Shown piece by piece: positions 41,155-50,712 of a DNA stretch of 64,000 bases. Each line of letters begins with the position of its first letter. The stretch's first letter is position 1. The DNA is from Desulfomicrobium sp. Its GTDB lineage: Bacteria > Desulfobacterota > Desulfovibrionia > Desulfovibrionales > Desulfomicrobiaceae. Under the pieces are notes generated by a model. That model was not told where the DNA came from and searched no databases. It saw only the letters and a program-made list of their open reading frames with translations. The stretch lies in NCBI GenBank assembly GCA_040768745.1, contig JAXGMI010000002.1, positions 544,001 through 608,000 on the forward strand, given 5' to 3'. A program made the position numbers and the translations under genes.

Positions 41155-41243
41155 ATACCGGACAGGAAACAGGGCAGAAAATATGCTCGTACTCAGAAAC
41201 CGCTGAACCTGAACCACATTCATCTTCAACCACTGTATACACC

Positions 41244-44200
41244 ATGAACAAAGCCGCTCTCAAATCATACGCTCCTGCCGCCCGTCTTGAATTCATCCAG
41301 GCCGTGACCGATCGTGCCAAGGCTCTGGGCCTGTCTGCCAAAGCCATAGAACCCGCTGAAGTCAAAGGCGACGTAGCCATTATTGCAGGGCAGGCTTTTC
41401 CAAAGGCCGTGGCCGAACGACGCGCCGAGCTGGAACGCCAGATCAGGATCAAAGGCTTTGAACAGCTCATGGAGGAAGTGGCCTACACGTGGTTCAACCG
41501 CTTTTGCGCCCTGCGCTTCATGGAAGTCCACGACTATCTGGACCATGGCTACCGAGTGCTCAGCAACCCCAGTGATTCGGATATCCCGGAAATTCTGGAA
41601 AAGGCCACCAGCGTGGATTTGCCGGGGTTGGACAAAGGACTGGTGGCGGACTTGCGGTTGGCCGGGAACAAGGATGCGGAGTTATACCGAGTGCTGCTCA
41701 TGGCTCAGTGCAACGCCCTGCATAAAGTCATGCCCATGCTGTTCGAGAAGGTCGGTGACGCAACGGAACTGTTACTGCCGGAGAACCTGCTGCAAACCAA
41801 TTCGCCCGTTCGCAAGCTGGTGGCGGCGATCCCGGAAGAGGACTGGCAGGAGATCGAAATCTTGGGCTGGCTCTATCAGTTCTACATTTCCGAGAAAAAG
41901 GATCAGGTCATCGGCAAGGTGGTCAAAAGCGAGGACATCCCCGCCGCCACCCAGCTTTTCACGCCCAACTGGATCGTCAAATACATGGTTCAGAACACCT
42001 TGGGTCGGACTTGGATGATGACCTACTCCAGCTCCAATCTCAAAAACGACATGGAGTTTTACATCACCCCGGCGGAACAGACGCCTGAGGTGCAAGCGCA
42101 GTTGGAAGCCATCACGCCCAAAGAACTAAACCCGGAAGAGTTGACCCTGCTCGATCCGGCCTGCGGGTCCGGTCATATTCTGGTGGAAGCCTATGACCTG
42201 TTCAAGGCCATCTATCTGGAACGTGGCTACCGGCCTCGGGATATTCCGCGCCTGATACTGGAAAAGAACCTCTTTGGATTGGATATTGATGACCGTGCCG
42301 TACAACTGGCCCGGTTTGCCCTGCTTATGAAGGCCAGAAGTGATGACCGGCGTATACTGGATGCGGACAATCCGGTGCGGCTCAATGTGCTTGCCTTTCA
42401 GAATAGCAAAGGCCTGGATATCGAACAGATCACCACGACCTTGCTCAAGGAACGGACCAAGTCTTTGACTGGCGGACAGCACCAGCTTTCTTTCGTGCCG
42501 CAACCAACCCGGCAACTACCTCTGACCACCACCGAGAAGCCGGAGGTTGCGCCGGAGGAACTGTACGCCCTCCTGTATGTCTTTGAGCACGCCAAAACCT
42601 TTGGCTCACTGCTGCGTATCAACGACAAGCTGAAAGCAGCTTTGCCGCGCCTGGAAAAACTGCTGGAGAGGGCGGGGCGATCTGATGGCATGTCCTCCAT
42701 GTATGCGGGAATGCTCATGCCGTTGCTGCGGCAGGCTCAGTTGCTAGCGAGGATGTATGATTGTGTAGTGGCGAATCCTCCGTACATGGGCAGCAAGGGG
42801 CAGAACCCAGCCCTCAAAACATACGCCAAAGATTATTTTCCAGGCAGTAAGGCGGATTTGTTTGCCATGTTTATGGAACGCGGGCTGGAGTTGCTTACAC
42901 AGCAGGGGTTAGCGGGGCTAATCACAATGCAAAGCTGGATGTTCTTGTCATCTTATGAAGATTTACGAGTAACAATATTAAGCAATAGGACGATTTTGTC
43001 CATGCTACATCTTGGCGCAAGAGGTTTTGACAGCATTGGCGGCGAAGTTGTTCAAACCACATCTTTTATTGTAAGTGCAGCAAATATAAATCCTTATAAA
43101 GGATTGTATTATAGATTAACAGACGGAAAGTCTGAAGCGGAAAAAGTTGTGGAGCTTCACAAAAACAAGACGATACGATACACCGCTTCGGCTGCTGATT
43201 TTTCGAAAATACCAGGAAGCCCGATTGCGTACTGGTTGCCTAGAGCTGCATTTATGGCATTAGAGAAAACCACTCTTCTCGGAGAAATCAGTTCACCCAG
43301 AAAAGGGATGTGCACTAGAGATAATGACTATTTTGTTCGTTTCTGGCATGAAGTTGATTACAATAATATTGGCTTCAATTGCAATTCTAGAAATGAAGCA
43401 CAAGAAACAAAAAAAAGATGGTTTACTTATCAAAAAGGCGGAGAATATAGACAATGGTACGGCAATCATCGACATGTAGTTGATTGGGAGAATGATGGAT
43501 ATAGGCTTCTAAATATGGAGAGGCTTGGCTGGAAAGGAAATTCAACAAACCATAATATGGACTATATATTTAAACCAGCAATCGTCTGGTCGAAAATCAC
43601 ATCTGCCATACCTAATTTTAGATACTCAACAAGTGGATTTCTTTTTGATGACGCATCTGGAATGTGCGCGCTAAATGACGAAGCAAACACTAACGCTGTT
43701 CTTGGCTTCTTATGCAGTAGAGTTGGACAATACTATATGAATATATTAAATCCAACGCTAAACATACAACCAGGAAACATGTGTTCAATGCCGTATATGG
43801 AGCCTTCAGAACTTGCAGACATAGAAAGAATCATTGATATCTCAAGAACAGATTGGAATTTTTTCGAAATTTCGTGGGATTTCCAAAACAACGCTCTAAT
43901 TAACAATGAATCTCGGCGTGACCGTCTTTCCAGTTCATATGATTCATATTCTTACACCTGCAAAGATTTAGTCGAAGAAATGGAGGAACTTGAAAAGCAG
44001 AATAATCAGCTTTTTATTGAATCCTATGGGCTTGGAAGCGAACTATCTAGCAATCCAAGCAGGTCTGAAATATCAATCAATTGCAATCACGCATACCGCT
44101 TTAGTGGAGAACATAACGATCTAGAAAACCTGTTTCGCTCTGAAACAATACAGGAGCTCATCTCCTACGCCATTGGCTGCATGATGGGCCGCTACAGTCT

Positions 44201-44891
44201 TGATGAATCGGGCCTGATCTACGCCCATGCCGGGAACGAAGGCTTTGATCCAAGCCGTTACGCCACCTTCCCGGCTGACGAAGATGGCATCATCCCGGTC
44301 ATGGATGGCGAATGGTTTGACGATGACGCCACGGTTCGTTTTGTGGATTTTGTGCGTACGGTCTGGCCTGCCGAGACCCTGGACGAAAATCTCAAATTCG
44401 TGGCCGACAGCCTGGACCCGAAAAAGAGCGAAACCCCGGTGGAGACCATCCGCCGTTTCATCAGCACAAAATTTTTTAAAGACCACCACCTCAAGGTCTA
44501 CAAAAAACGCCCCATCTACTGGCTCTTTTCCAGCGGCAAACACAAGGCCTTCGAGTGCCTCGTCTACCTGCACCGCTACAACGAAAACACCCTGCCGCGT
44601 ATGCGAGCCATGTACGTTACTCCGCTGCAAGGCAAGTTCAACGCCCGCATCGAATACCTGAAAAAGGAAATCGACGCCGCCCCATCCACTGCCGCCCGCA
44701 AACAATTGCAAAAGGAACTGGATACCATGACCAAAAAGCAGCAGGAACTGCGCACGTTTGATGAACTCCTGCGCCACTACGCCGATCAGCGTATCACCCT
44801 GGACCTGGATGACGGAGTGAAGGTTAACTACGGAAAGTTTGGTGGGCTGTTGGCGGAAGTGAAGGCGATAACGGGTGGGAGTGAGGACTAA
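41244..44891 (+). CDS. pglX: BREX N6-adenine methyltransferase PglX (BrxX)
   Basis: EEVAYTWFNR, ATQLFTP, LDPACGSGH, NPPY, YKKRPIYWLFSSG, DLDDGVKVNYGKF. Confidence 0.96.
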   Translation: MNKAALKSYAPAARLEFIQAVTDRAKALGLSAKAIEPAEVKGDVAIIAGQAFPKAVAERRAELERQIRIKGFEQLMEEVAYTWFNRFCALRFMEVHDYLDHGYRVLSNPSDSDIPEILEKATSVDLPGLDKGLVADLRLAGNKDAELYRVLLMAQCNALHKVMPMLFEKVGDATELLLPENLLQTNSPVRKLVAAIPEEDWQEIEILGWLYQFYISEKKDQVIGKVVKSEDIPAATQLFTPNWIVKYMVQNTLGRTWMMTYSSSNLKNDMEFYITPAEQTPEVQAQLEAITPKELNPEELTLLDPACGSGHILVEAYDLFKAIYLERGYRPRDIPRLILEKNLFGLDIDDRAVQLARFALLMKARSDDRRILDADNPVRLNVLAFQNSKGLDIEQITTTLLKERTKSLTGGQHQLSFVPQPTRQLPLTTTEKPEVAPEELYALLYVFEHAKTFGSLLRINDKLKAALPRLEKLLERAGRSDGMSSMYAGMLMPLLRQAQLLARMYDCVVANPPYMGSKGQNPALKTYAKDYFPGSKADLFAMFMERGLELLTQQGLAGLITMQSWMFLSSYEDLRVTILSNRTILSMLHLGARGFDSIGGEVVQTTSFIVSAANINPYKGLYYRLTDGKSEAEKVVELHKNKTIRYTASAADFSKIPGSPIAYWLPRAAFMALEKTTLLGEISSPRKGMCTRDNDYFVRFWHEVDYNNIGFNCNSRNEAQETKKRWFTYQKGGEYRQWYGNHRHVVDWENDGYRLLNMERLGWKGNSTNHNMDYIFKPAIVWSKITSAIPNFRYSTSGFLFDDASGMCALNDEANTNAVLGFLCSRVGQYYMNILNPTLNIQPGNMCSMPYMEPSELADIERIIDISRTDWNFFEISWDFQNNALINNESRRDRLSSSYDSYSYTCKDLVEEMEELEKQNNQLFIESYGLGSELSSNPSRSEISINCNHAYRFSGEHNDLENLFRSETIQELISYAIGCMMGRYSLDESGLIYAHAGNEGFDPSRYATFPADEDGIIPVMDGEWFDDDATVRFVDFVRTVWPAETLDENLKFVADSLDPKKSETPVETIRRFISTKFFKDHHLKVYKKRPIYWLFSSGKHKAFECLVYLHRYNENTLPRMRAMYVTPLQGKFNARIEYLKKEIDAAPSTAARKQLQKELDTMTKKQQELRTFDELLRHYADQRITLDLDDGVKVNYGKFGGLLAEVKAITGGSED

Positions 44892-44899
44892 GAAGTAAT

Positions 44900-45370
44900 A
44901 TGACAGAATATAAGGATTTCTATAAAATTTTTGCAGAAAGGACCAAAGCGAATCTTGAATTCATCGAGCAATCCAAGTCCAGTGGTGAAAGCGTTTTTGA
45001 AACAACGCAACTGATCAATTCTTTGCTTGGTATGATTGTTTTTCTTCGTGAAAGCGATCGAATAAATGGATCAATATTAGACAAAAAATGGAAAATTATT
45101 CAATATAAAGAAATCCAAGATCACCACAATTACTGCAAAAAATTCTCAAATTTTATAAGAAAATTCCGTAACGCATTAGCACATGGACATATTGATCCGC
45201 AAATAGATGAAAATCAGGAAGTATCTAAATTCATTTTATGGGATGAGTGTAGATGCGGAAACCTTGACTGGAAAATCGAAATAGACTTGGAGAATATCAA
45301 AAAACTGGCCTATTTCATTCAAGAAAACATGCATCAATTTCCAAGACCTCGACCAGAGAGACGAAGATAA
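44900..45370 (+). CDS. Stand-alone HEPN-family putative RNase (pEK499_p136-like)
   Basis: TQLINSLLG helix and RNALAH (RxxxxH) motif; AT-rich; tightly packed between pglX and pglZ. Confidence 0.75.
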   Translation: MTEYKDFYKIFAERTKANLEFIEQSKSSGESVFETTQLINSLLGMIVFLRESDRINGSILDKKWKIIQYKEIQDHHNYCKKFSNFIRKFRNALAHGHIDPQIDENQEVSKFILWDECRCGNLDWKIEIDLENIKKLAYFIQENMHQFPRPRPERRR

Positions 45371-45376
45371 GCGTTT

Positions 45377-47989
45377 ATGGACACCCAACAGCTTACAACC
45401 AGCCTACACAAAATCTTCCATACCGAAGGCCACCGCATCGTCTTCTGGTACGACCCGAACGCGGAGTTTGCAGAAGAAATCCCATCACTCGCGCTAGACG
45501 GCGTAACCATCATCCAGATTCAGCAGGAAAGCGCTCTAGCCCTAAAGGTGCGCCTGGAGACCGAGGATCTGATCGGGAAATATCTTCTTTATGCACCTTC
45601 CCCGGAACCAGAACCAGAAGCTGACTGGTTGCTCGATATCCGCCTTTACAGCCGCACTTTCCACGCTGACCGTGCCTCCATTGTCATGAACGAGCTTGGC
45701 TTGACCAAGCAAACCATGCGCCAGCACGTCGCCTTGCGGAGCAAATTTTTCAACAGTCAGGACCGAATCAGCCGCCTCAAAAAGCTGATCGACGTAAACG
45801 ACCAGGAAAAAGACCTGGATCTTAAAATGTTGGCTGTCATCAGCCGGGCAGATCAACCGAGCGTTTTTGACATCCTGATGAAGTTGTTTGCCGGGATGTG
45901 TGCTGAGAGCGAAACAGAATATCAGCCCGTTCCTTCGGCATGGGAAGAAATTGAAAAATATGACCTAGCCCCTTTCTTCTGGGAGACGATGGGGCTGACC
46001 TTTGGATACACTGCATCCAACCCGACTCTTCTTGATCTGTTGATCCGCCTACTGGTTTCGGACTTTGCAAATACTCTCAAAACTGAGCCCCCCACCTCCC
46101 TTGAACACTTCCTGCTGCCGAACAAGTCGGTAGCGACCAATGCCTCAGTCTTCGTCTCGCAGTGGCGTAGCCATATGGGGCATTACCGGCAGTACGGGCA
46201 ACTTTCAGGCATCATTGCCGCTCAACTGGGCCTGGACAAGCTGTTGAGCGCTACCAGTTCCTTTGCCCTGACTCGGAGCATGACCTTCGAGGTTGTGGAG
46301 CGCCAGATCATCCGCTCCCTTCGTGACATGATCGTCAGCGAGGGAGCGGGCAACGCCGAGGAGTTGAAATCGCTCATCCTCAAGCGCAAGGATGGGCACT
46401 GGGCAAATATCAAGCTGCCAGGGTTTGAGGAGAACGTTTATGCCATTGCCTATCTGGCCATAGAAGCCGCGCTGGATCTTCTGGCCTTGCGCACCAAGTA
46501 CGACGAAGGCCTGAGCTACCCTTCGATACAGCGATTACACCGCGCTTACACGACGGAACTGTTCCGCTTTGACCAGCTCTATCGGCAGTTTCACGAGTAC
46601 GCAGACAAGGTTGAGCTGGCAGGTTGGGATGTGCTCAAGGAAATTCAAGGCGTCGTAGAGGCATGCTATAGCGGATGGTATCTGACACGGCTTGCCATCT
46701 GCTGGGACTCCTTCATGCTTGGCGCCGATGGCCTGCTAGCGAACTGGTCCGTGGAGAACGTGTTCAAGCAGCAGCATTTTCATTCGAACTTCGTAAAACC
46801 GATTCTTCGCACAAACCCCAAAAGCCGTGTTTTCGTCATTATCAGCGACGCCCTGCGCTACGAAGTTGCCGAGGAACTGACCCGCAGCATCAATTCCACA
46901 ACCCGCTTCAAGGCCAATCTGGACAGCCAGCTTGGCGTACTCCCCAGCTACACCGCCTTGGGCATGGCCGCCCTTCTTCCCCATGATCACTATGGATTCA
47001 AGGACGGGTCGGATCAGCTCGTGGTGGACGGGATGCCATGCGAGTCGTTTGGCCAGCGCAACGCCGTGCTGGCCAAACATGAAGGCATGGCATTGCGGGC
47101 CGGAGAGATCATGGCCATGAGCAAGGACCAGGGCCGCGAAGCCATCCGGCAGTCCCGCCTAGTGTACATTTATCACGATCAGATTGATTCCTGCGGGGAT
47201 CACGCCTCATCCGAAGGCACGACATTTCATGCCGCGCGGAAGGCCATCGAGGAACTGACGGCGCTGGTCAAATTCATCGTCAACAGCCTCAATGGCTCGC
47301 ATATCTTCGTCACCGCCGATCACGGCTTCCTCTATCAGGACCAGCCCCCCACGGTCCTGGAAAAAAGCGAACTTGATGTGAAACCCAAAGGCGCTCTCAA
47401 ATCCAAAAAACGCTACATTGTGGGCCAGGATATGGGCCAGACGGACAAAGCCTGGATTGGGACAACAGCCAATACTGCTGAAACGAACCCCGCTTTGGAC
47501 TTCTGGATACCCAAGGGCATCAACCGATTTCATTTTAGCGGCGGGGCCAGATTCGTGCACGGTGGAGCCATGCCGCAGGAAGTCATTGTGCCTGTCGTGC
47601 AGGTGCGGGAACTTGAAGGAAAGGCCGCCATCAAGGAAGCCGTGAAGCGGGTCGATGTCTCGATTCTCGGGTCAAACCGTAAGATCGTGAACACGCTTCA
47701 GAAGTTTGAATTCATCCAGGTCGAAAAAGTCACCGAACGTGCCCTGCCCCGTGTGCTGGTGTTCTCTCTGCGGGATGGGGACATGCTGATCAGCAACGAA
47801 GTGCTGGTCACTTTCGACTCTACGTCTGATTCCATGGAAGAACGCAAACGGCCCGTGAAACTCATGGTCAAAAAAGGTGCATACGACAAGGCCAGGGAAT
47901 ACGCCCTGGTTCTGCGTGACCCCGAAACCCAGATCGAGTACGACCGCATTCCAGTTACCATAGACTTGGCCTTCATCAACGATTTCTAA
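45377..47989 (+). CDS. pglZ: BREX-1 alkaline phosphatase-fold protein PglZ (BrxZ)
   Basis: RIVFWYD, IISDALRYE, LPSYTALGMAALLP, TADHGF, FVHGGAMPQE. Confidence 0.95.
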   Translation: MDTQQLTTSLHKIFHTEGHRIVFWYDPNAEFAEEIPSLALDGVTIIQIQQESALALKVRLETEDLIGKYLLYAPSPEPEPEADWLLDIRLYSRTFHADRASIVMNELGLTKQTMRQHVALRSKFFNSQDRISRLKKLIDVNDQEKDLDLKMLAVISRADQPSVFDILMKLFAGMCAESETEYQPVPSAWEEIEKYDLAPFFWETMGLTFGYTASNPTLLDLLIRLLVSDFANTLKTEPPTSLEHFLLPNKSVATNASVFVSQWRSHMGHYRQYGQLSGIIAAQLGLDKLLSATSSFALTRSMTFEVVERQIIRSLRDMIVSEGAGNAEELKSLILKRKDGHWANIKLPGFEENVYAIAYLAIEAALDLLALRTKYDEGLSYPSIQRLHRAYTTELFRFDQLYRQFHEYADKVELAGWDVLKEIQGVVEACYSGWYLTRLAICWDSFMLGADGLLANWSVENVFKQQHFHSNFVKPILRTNPKSRVFVIISDALRYEVAEELTRSINSTTRFKANLDSQLGVLPSYTALGMAALLPHDHYGFKDGSDQLVVDGMPCESFGQRNAVLAKHEGMALRAGEIMAMSKDQGREAIRQSRLVYIYHDQIDSCGDHASSEGTTFHAARKAIEELTALVKFIVNSLNGSHIFVTADHGFLYQDQPPTVLEKSELDVKPKGALKSKKRYIVGQDMGQTDKAWIGTTANTAETNPALDFWIPKGINRFHFSGGARFVHGGAMPQEVIVPVVQVRELEGKAAIKEAVKRVDVSILGSNRKIVNTLQKFEFIQVEKVTERALPRVLVFSLRDGDMLISNEVLVTFDSTSDSMEERKRPVKLMVKKGAYDKAREYALVLRDPETQIEYDRIPVTIDLAFINDF

Positions 47990-48002
47990 GGATGTTGCTC
48001 GG

Positions 48003-50039
48003 ATGACTCAAGACAATACAGGTATCGACAGCCTTCTGAATACTGCCTTCCAAGGAAAAGTGGTCCGCAAGGATCTGACCAAGCTCTTGAAGGAAGGGGC
48101 CAATGTGCCTGTCTACGTTCTCGAATACCTGCTCGGAATGTACTGCGCCTCGGACGACGAGGAGATCATCCAGGAAGGTATCCAAAGTGTCAAAGACATC
48201 CTCTCCCAGAACTACGTTCGGCCCGATGAGGCGGAGAAGGTCAAGTCGATCATCAGGGAGCGTGGAAGCTTCAAAGTCATCGACAAGGTCACGGTCAAAC
48301 TCAACGAGCGCCGGGATTGCTACGAAGCCTTGCTCTCGAATCTTGGCGTTCAGGGTGTCGAGATTTCCAGCACCTTCGTGAAACAGTTCGAAAAGCTGCT
48401 CGTGGGCGGAATCTGGTGCATCATCTCCATCAATTATTATTTCGAGGAGGGACAAAAAGGGTCGCCGTTTTCCATCTCCGAACTCAAGCCGATCCAGATG
48501 CCTGGCATGGATATGGGAGAGTTCTACGAGGGGCGCAAGGCTTTCACAGAAGAGCAGTGGCTTGATGTCCTCATCCGTTCGACGGGCATGGAACCGACAG
48601 CCCTGGAGAACCGAACCAAATGGCACCTTTTGGTGCGGCTGATTCCGCTGGTCGAAAACAATTACAACGTCTGCGAACTCGGGCCGCGTGGCACCGGGAA
48701 AAGCCACGTGTACAAGGAGATCAGCCCGAACAGTATCCTTGTTTCCGGCGGGCAGACCACGGTTGCCAACCTGTTCTACAACATGAGTTCGCACAAGGTG
48801 GGCCTGGTCGGCGTTTGGGATGTGGTCGCTTTCGACGAGGTGGCCGGGATAAGCTTCAAGGACAAGGACGGCGTTCAGATCATGAAGGATTTCATGGCCT
48901 CTGGTTCATTTTCCAGGGGCCGCGATTCCATCAGTGCCAACGCGTCCATGGTCTTTGTGGGCAACATCAACCAGAGCGTGGATACGCTGGTCAAAACCAG
49001 CCACCTGTTCGCGCCCTTTCCAGAAGCCATGATCGACACGGCTTTTTTTGATCGCTTTCATTGCTATATCCCTGGCTGGGAAATCCCGAAGATGCGCCCG
49101 GAGTTTTTCACAAACCAGTACGGCTTCATCGTAGACTACATGGCTGAATTCTTCCGGGAGATGCGCAAGACGACCTATGCCGACGCCATCGACCGCTTTT
49201 TCTCACTCGGAAACAACCTCAATCAGCGCGACACCATCGGAGTCCGCAAGACGGTCTCAGGCCTGCTGAAGCTGCTCTACCCTCACGGAGACTTCGACAA
49301 GGAAGCCGTTGAACGCTGCCTGCGCTACGCGCTCGAAGGACGGCGCAGGGTCAAGGAGCAGCTCAAGAAATTGGGTGGGATGGAATTTTACGACGTTCAT
49401 TTCAGCTACATCGACAAAGAAAGCCGGGAAGAAAAGTTTGTTGGAGTACTGGAGCAGGGAGGAAGCTCTCTCATCCCTGAAGGTCCACTTAACCCCGGCA
49501 CCCTCCACACGGTAGGCGCGGGCTCCAATGGACACCTTGGGCTGTACCGTCTGGAATTGCAGGTCACCGCCGGAAACGGAAAGCTGTCAATATCAGGCGT
49601 AGGCACCAGCTCCATGGCCAAGGAACCGATCAAGGTCGCCTTCGACTACTTCAAAGCACACGCAGCCCGTGTCAGCGCTTCCGCCAAGCCGTCGGAGCGA
49701 GACTATCACCTGCACATTGTCGAACTGCACAATACCGGACCCACAGACTTGATGACACTCCCCTGCCTGGTGGCTTTCTGCTCAGGCCTCCTCGCGCGGC
49801 CCGTGCAAGGCAGCATGGTCATCCTCGGCAGCATGAGTTTAGGCGGCAGTATCGTCCCGGCAGCAAACCTGGCAGCGAGCCTTCAGGTTGCTTTTGATGC
49901 TGGAGCAAAGCGCATCCTGATACCCATGAGTAGTGTAACGGACATCCCGACGATTCCTGGGGAGTTGTTCGCGAAATTTCAGACGAGTTTTTATGCTGAC
50001 CCTGTAGATGCGGTATTTAAGGCGCTAGGGGTGGAATGA
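48003..50039 (+). CDS. brxL: BREX Lon-like AAA+ protein BrxL
   Basis: GKVVRKDL, NVPVYVLEYLLG, ELGPRGTGKSH, VAFDEVAG, C-terminal Lon-like domain. Confidence 0.95.
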   Translation: MTQDNTGIDSLLNTAFQGKVVRKDLTKLLKEGANVPVYVLEYLLGMYCASDDEEIIQEGIQSVKDILSQNYVRPDEAEKVKSIIRERGSFKVIDKVTVKLNERRDCYEALLSNLGVQGVEISSTFVKQFEKLLVGGIWCIISINYYFEEGQKGSPFSISELKPIQMPGMDMGEFYEGRKAFTEEQWLDVLIRSTGMEPTALENRTKWHLLVRLIPLVENNYNVCELGPRGTGKSHVYKEISPNSILVSGGQTTVANLFYNMSSHKVGLVGVWDVVAFDEVAGISFKDKDGVQIMKDFMASGSFSRGRDSISANASMVFVGNINQSVDTLVKTSHLFAPFPEAMIDTAFFDRFHCYIPGWEIPKMRPEFFTNQYGFIVDYMAEFFREMRKTTYADAIDRFFSLGNNLNQRDTIGVRKTVSGLLKLLYPHGDFDKEAVERCLRYALEGRRRVKEQLKKLGGMEFYDVHFSYIDKESREEKFVGVLEQGGSSLIPEGPLNPGTLHTVGAGSNGHLGLYRLELQVTAGNGKLSISGVGTSSMAKEPIKVAFDYFKAHAARVSASAKPSERDYHLHIVELHNTGPTDLMTLPCLVAFCSGLLARPVQGSMVILGSMSLGGSIVPAANLAASLQVAFDAGAKRILIPMSSVTDIPTIPGELFAKFQTSFYADPVDAVFKALGVE

Positions 50040-50113
50040 GAAGAGGCATGAGACTTCAACAACAGAAAAGCCAATTCGCAGCGCCTTGAGGCGGCGCAGT
50101 GGGAGTGAACCTT

Positions 50114-50482
50114 ATGCGTATCGCAGTCATCATCCTGGTTGTCTTCCTGGCCCAGGCCGCCTTGGCCGGCTCCTGGGAGGAACAACCCTACAAGAAGAGT
50201 TTCGCCAAGGAGCACCATGGTCGGGTGGACGCCTCTGTGCGCGGCGGACGCAAGGTCGACGTTCTGACCCGCAAACACGCCGTGGAGTTTGAAAAGGCCC
50301 GCAACTGGGACAAGGCCATTGAAAAGAGCCTGGAAAACTCCAACAGGTCCGGTAAGAAGGCGGGCATCGCCATCATCAAGGAAGGAAATTCCCTGGATGA
50401 CTACCGTGTCCGGCAACTCAAGCGGGAGATCAGGCAGCGGGACCTGGACATCGAGGTCTGGGAGATGGAAGAAGAGGACTGA
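50114..50482 (+). CDS. Secreted hypothetical protein with PD-(D/E)XK-like pattern
   Basis: GGGAG RBS, signal peptide (AALA), VDVLT..HAVEFEK...W.KAI..SL...GKKAGIAII. Confidence 0.65.
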   Translation: MRIAVIILVVFLAQAALAGSWEEQPYKKSFAKEHHGRVDASVRGGRKVDVLTRKHAVEFEKARNWDKAIEKSLENSNRSGKKAGIAIIKEGNSLDDYRVRQLKREIRQRDLDIEVWEMEEED

Positions 50483-50712
50483 AGCATCACGCTGCGTTCG
50501 GTTATCAAGTCGAGCGTGGGGTCCTACACAAAATCAAGAGCTACTATGCTGTATTGTTGGGGATAATCGGTTCATTGGGCCAGAAACTTTCGAAACTCCT
50601 GATAAAGACTCCGACTAGTTGGCCAGAGTCCTTTTTTATTCCAGACAAGCGCCTTTTTGCCCCACGGCACCACCCTTTTATGCAGATGTGGATAGTACAG
50701 ATGGAATCGTGA

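Noticed and set aside
41244..44891. pglX shufflon or invertible phase-variation cassette
   Set aside because: Only one pglX copy; no recombinase or flanking inverted repeats detected.
49480..50039. BrxL Lon-like domain lacking a canonical GPSAG Ser-Lys dyad
   Set aside because: A non-canonical Lon-like domain is usual for BrxL; not evidence of pseudogenisation.
50505..50513. AAGTCGAG resembling the reverse complement of the IS terminal repeat (possible composite element around the RTX gene)
   Set aside because: Only 8 of 17 bp match; insufficient.
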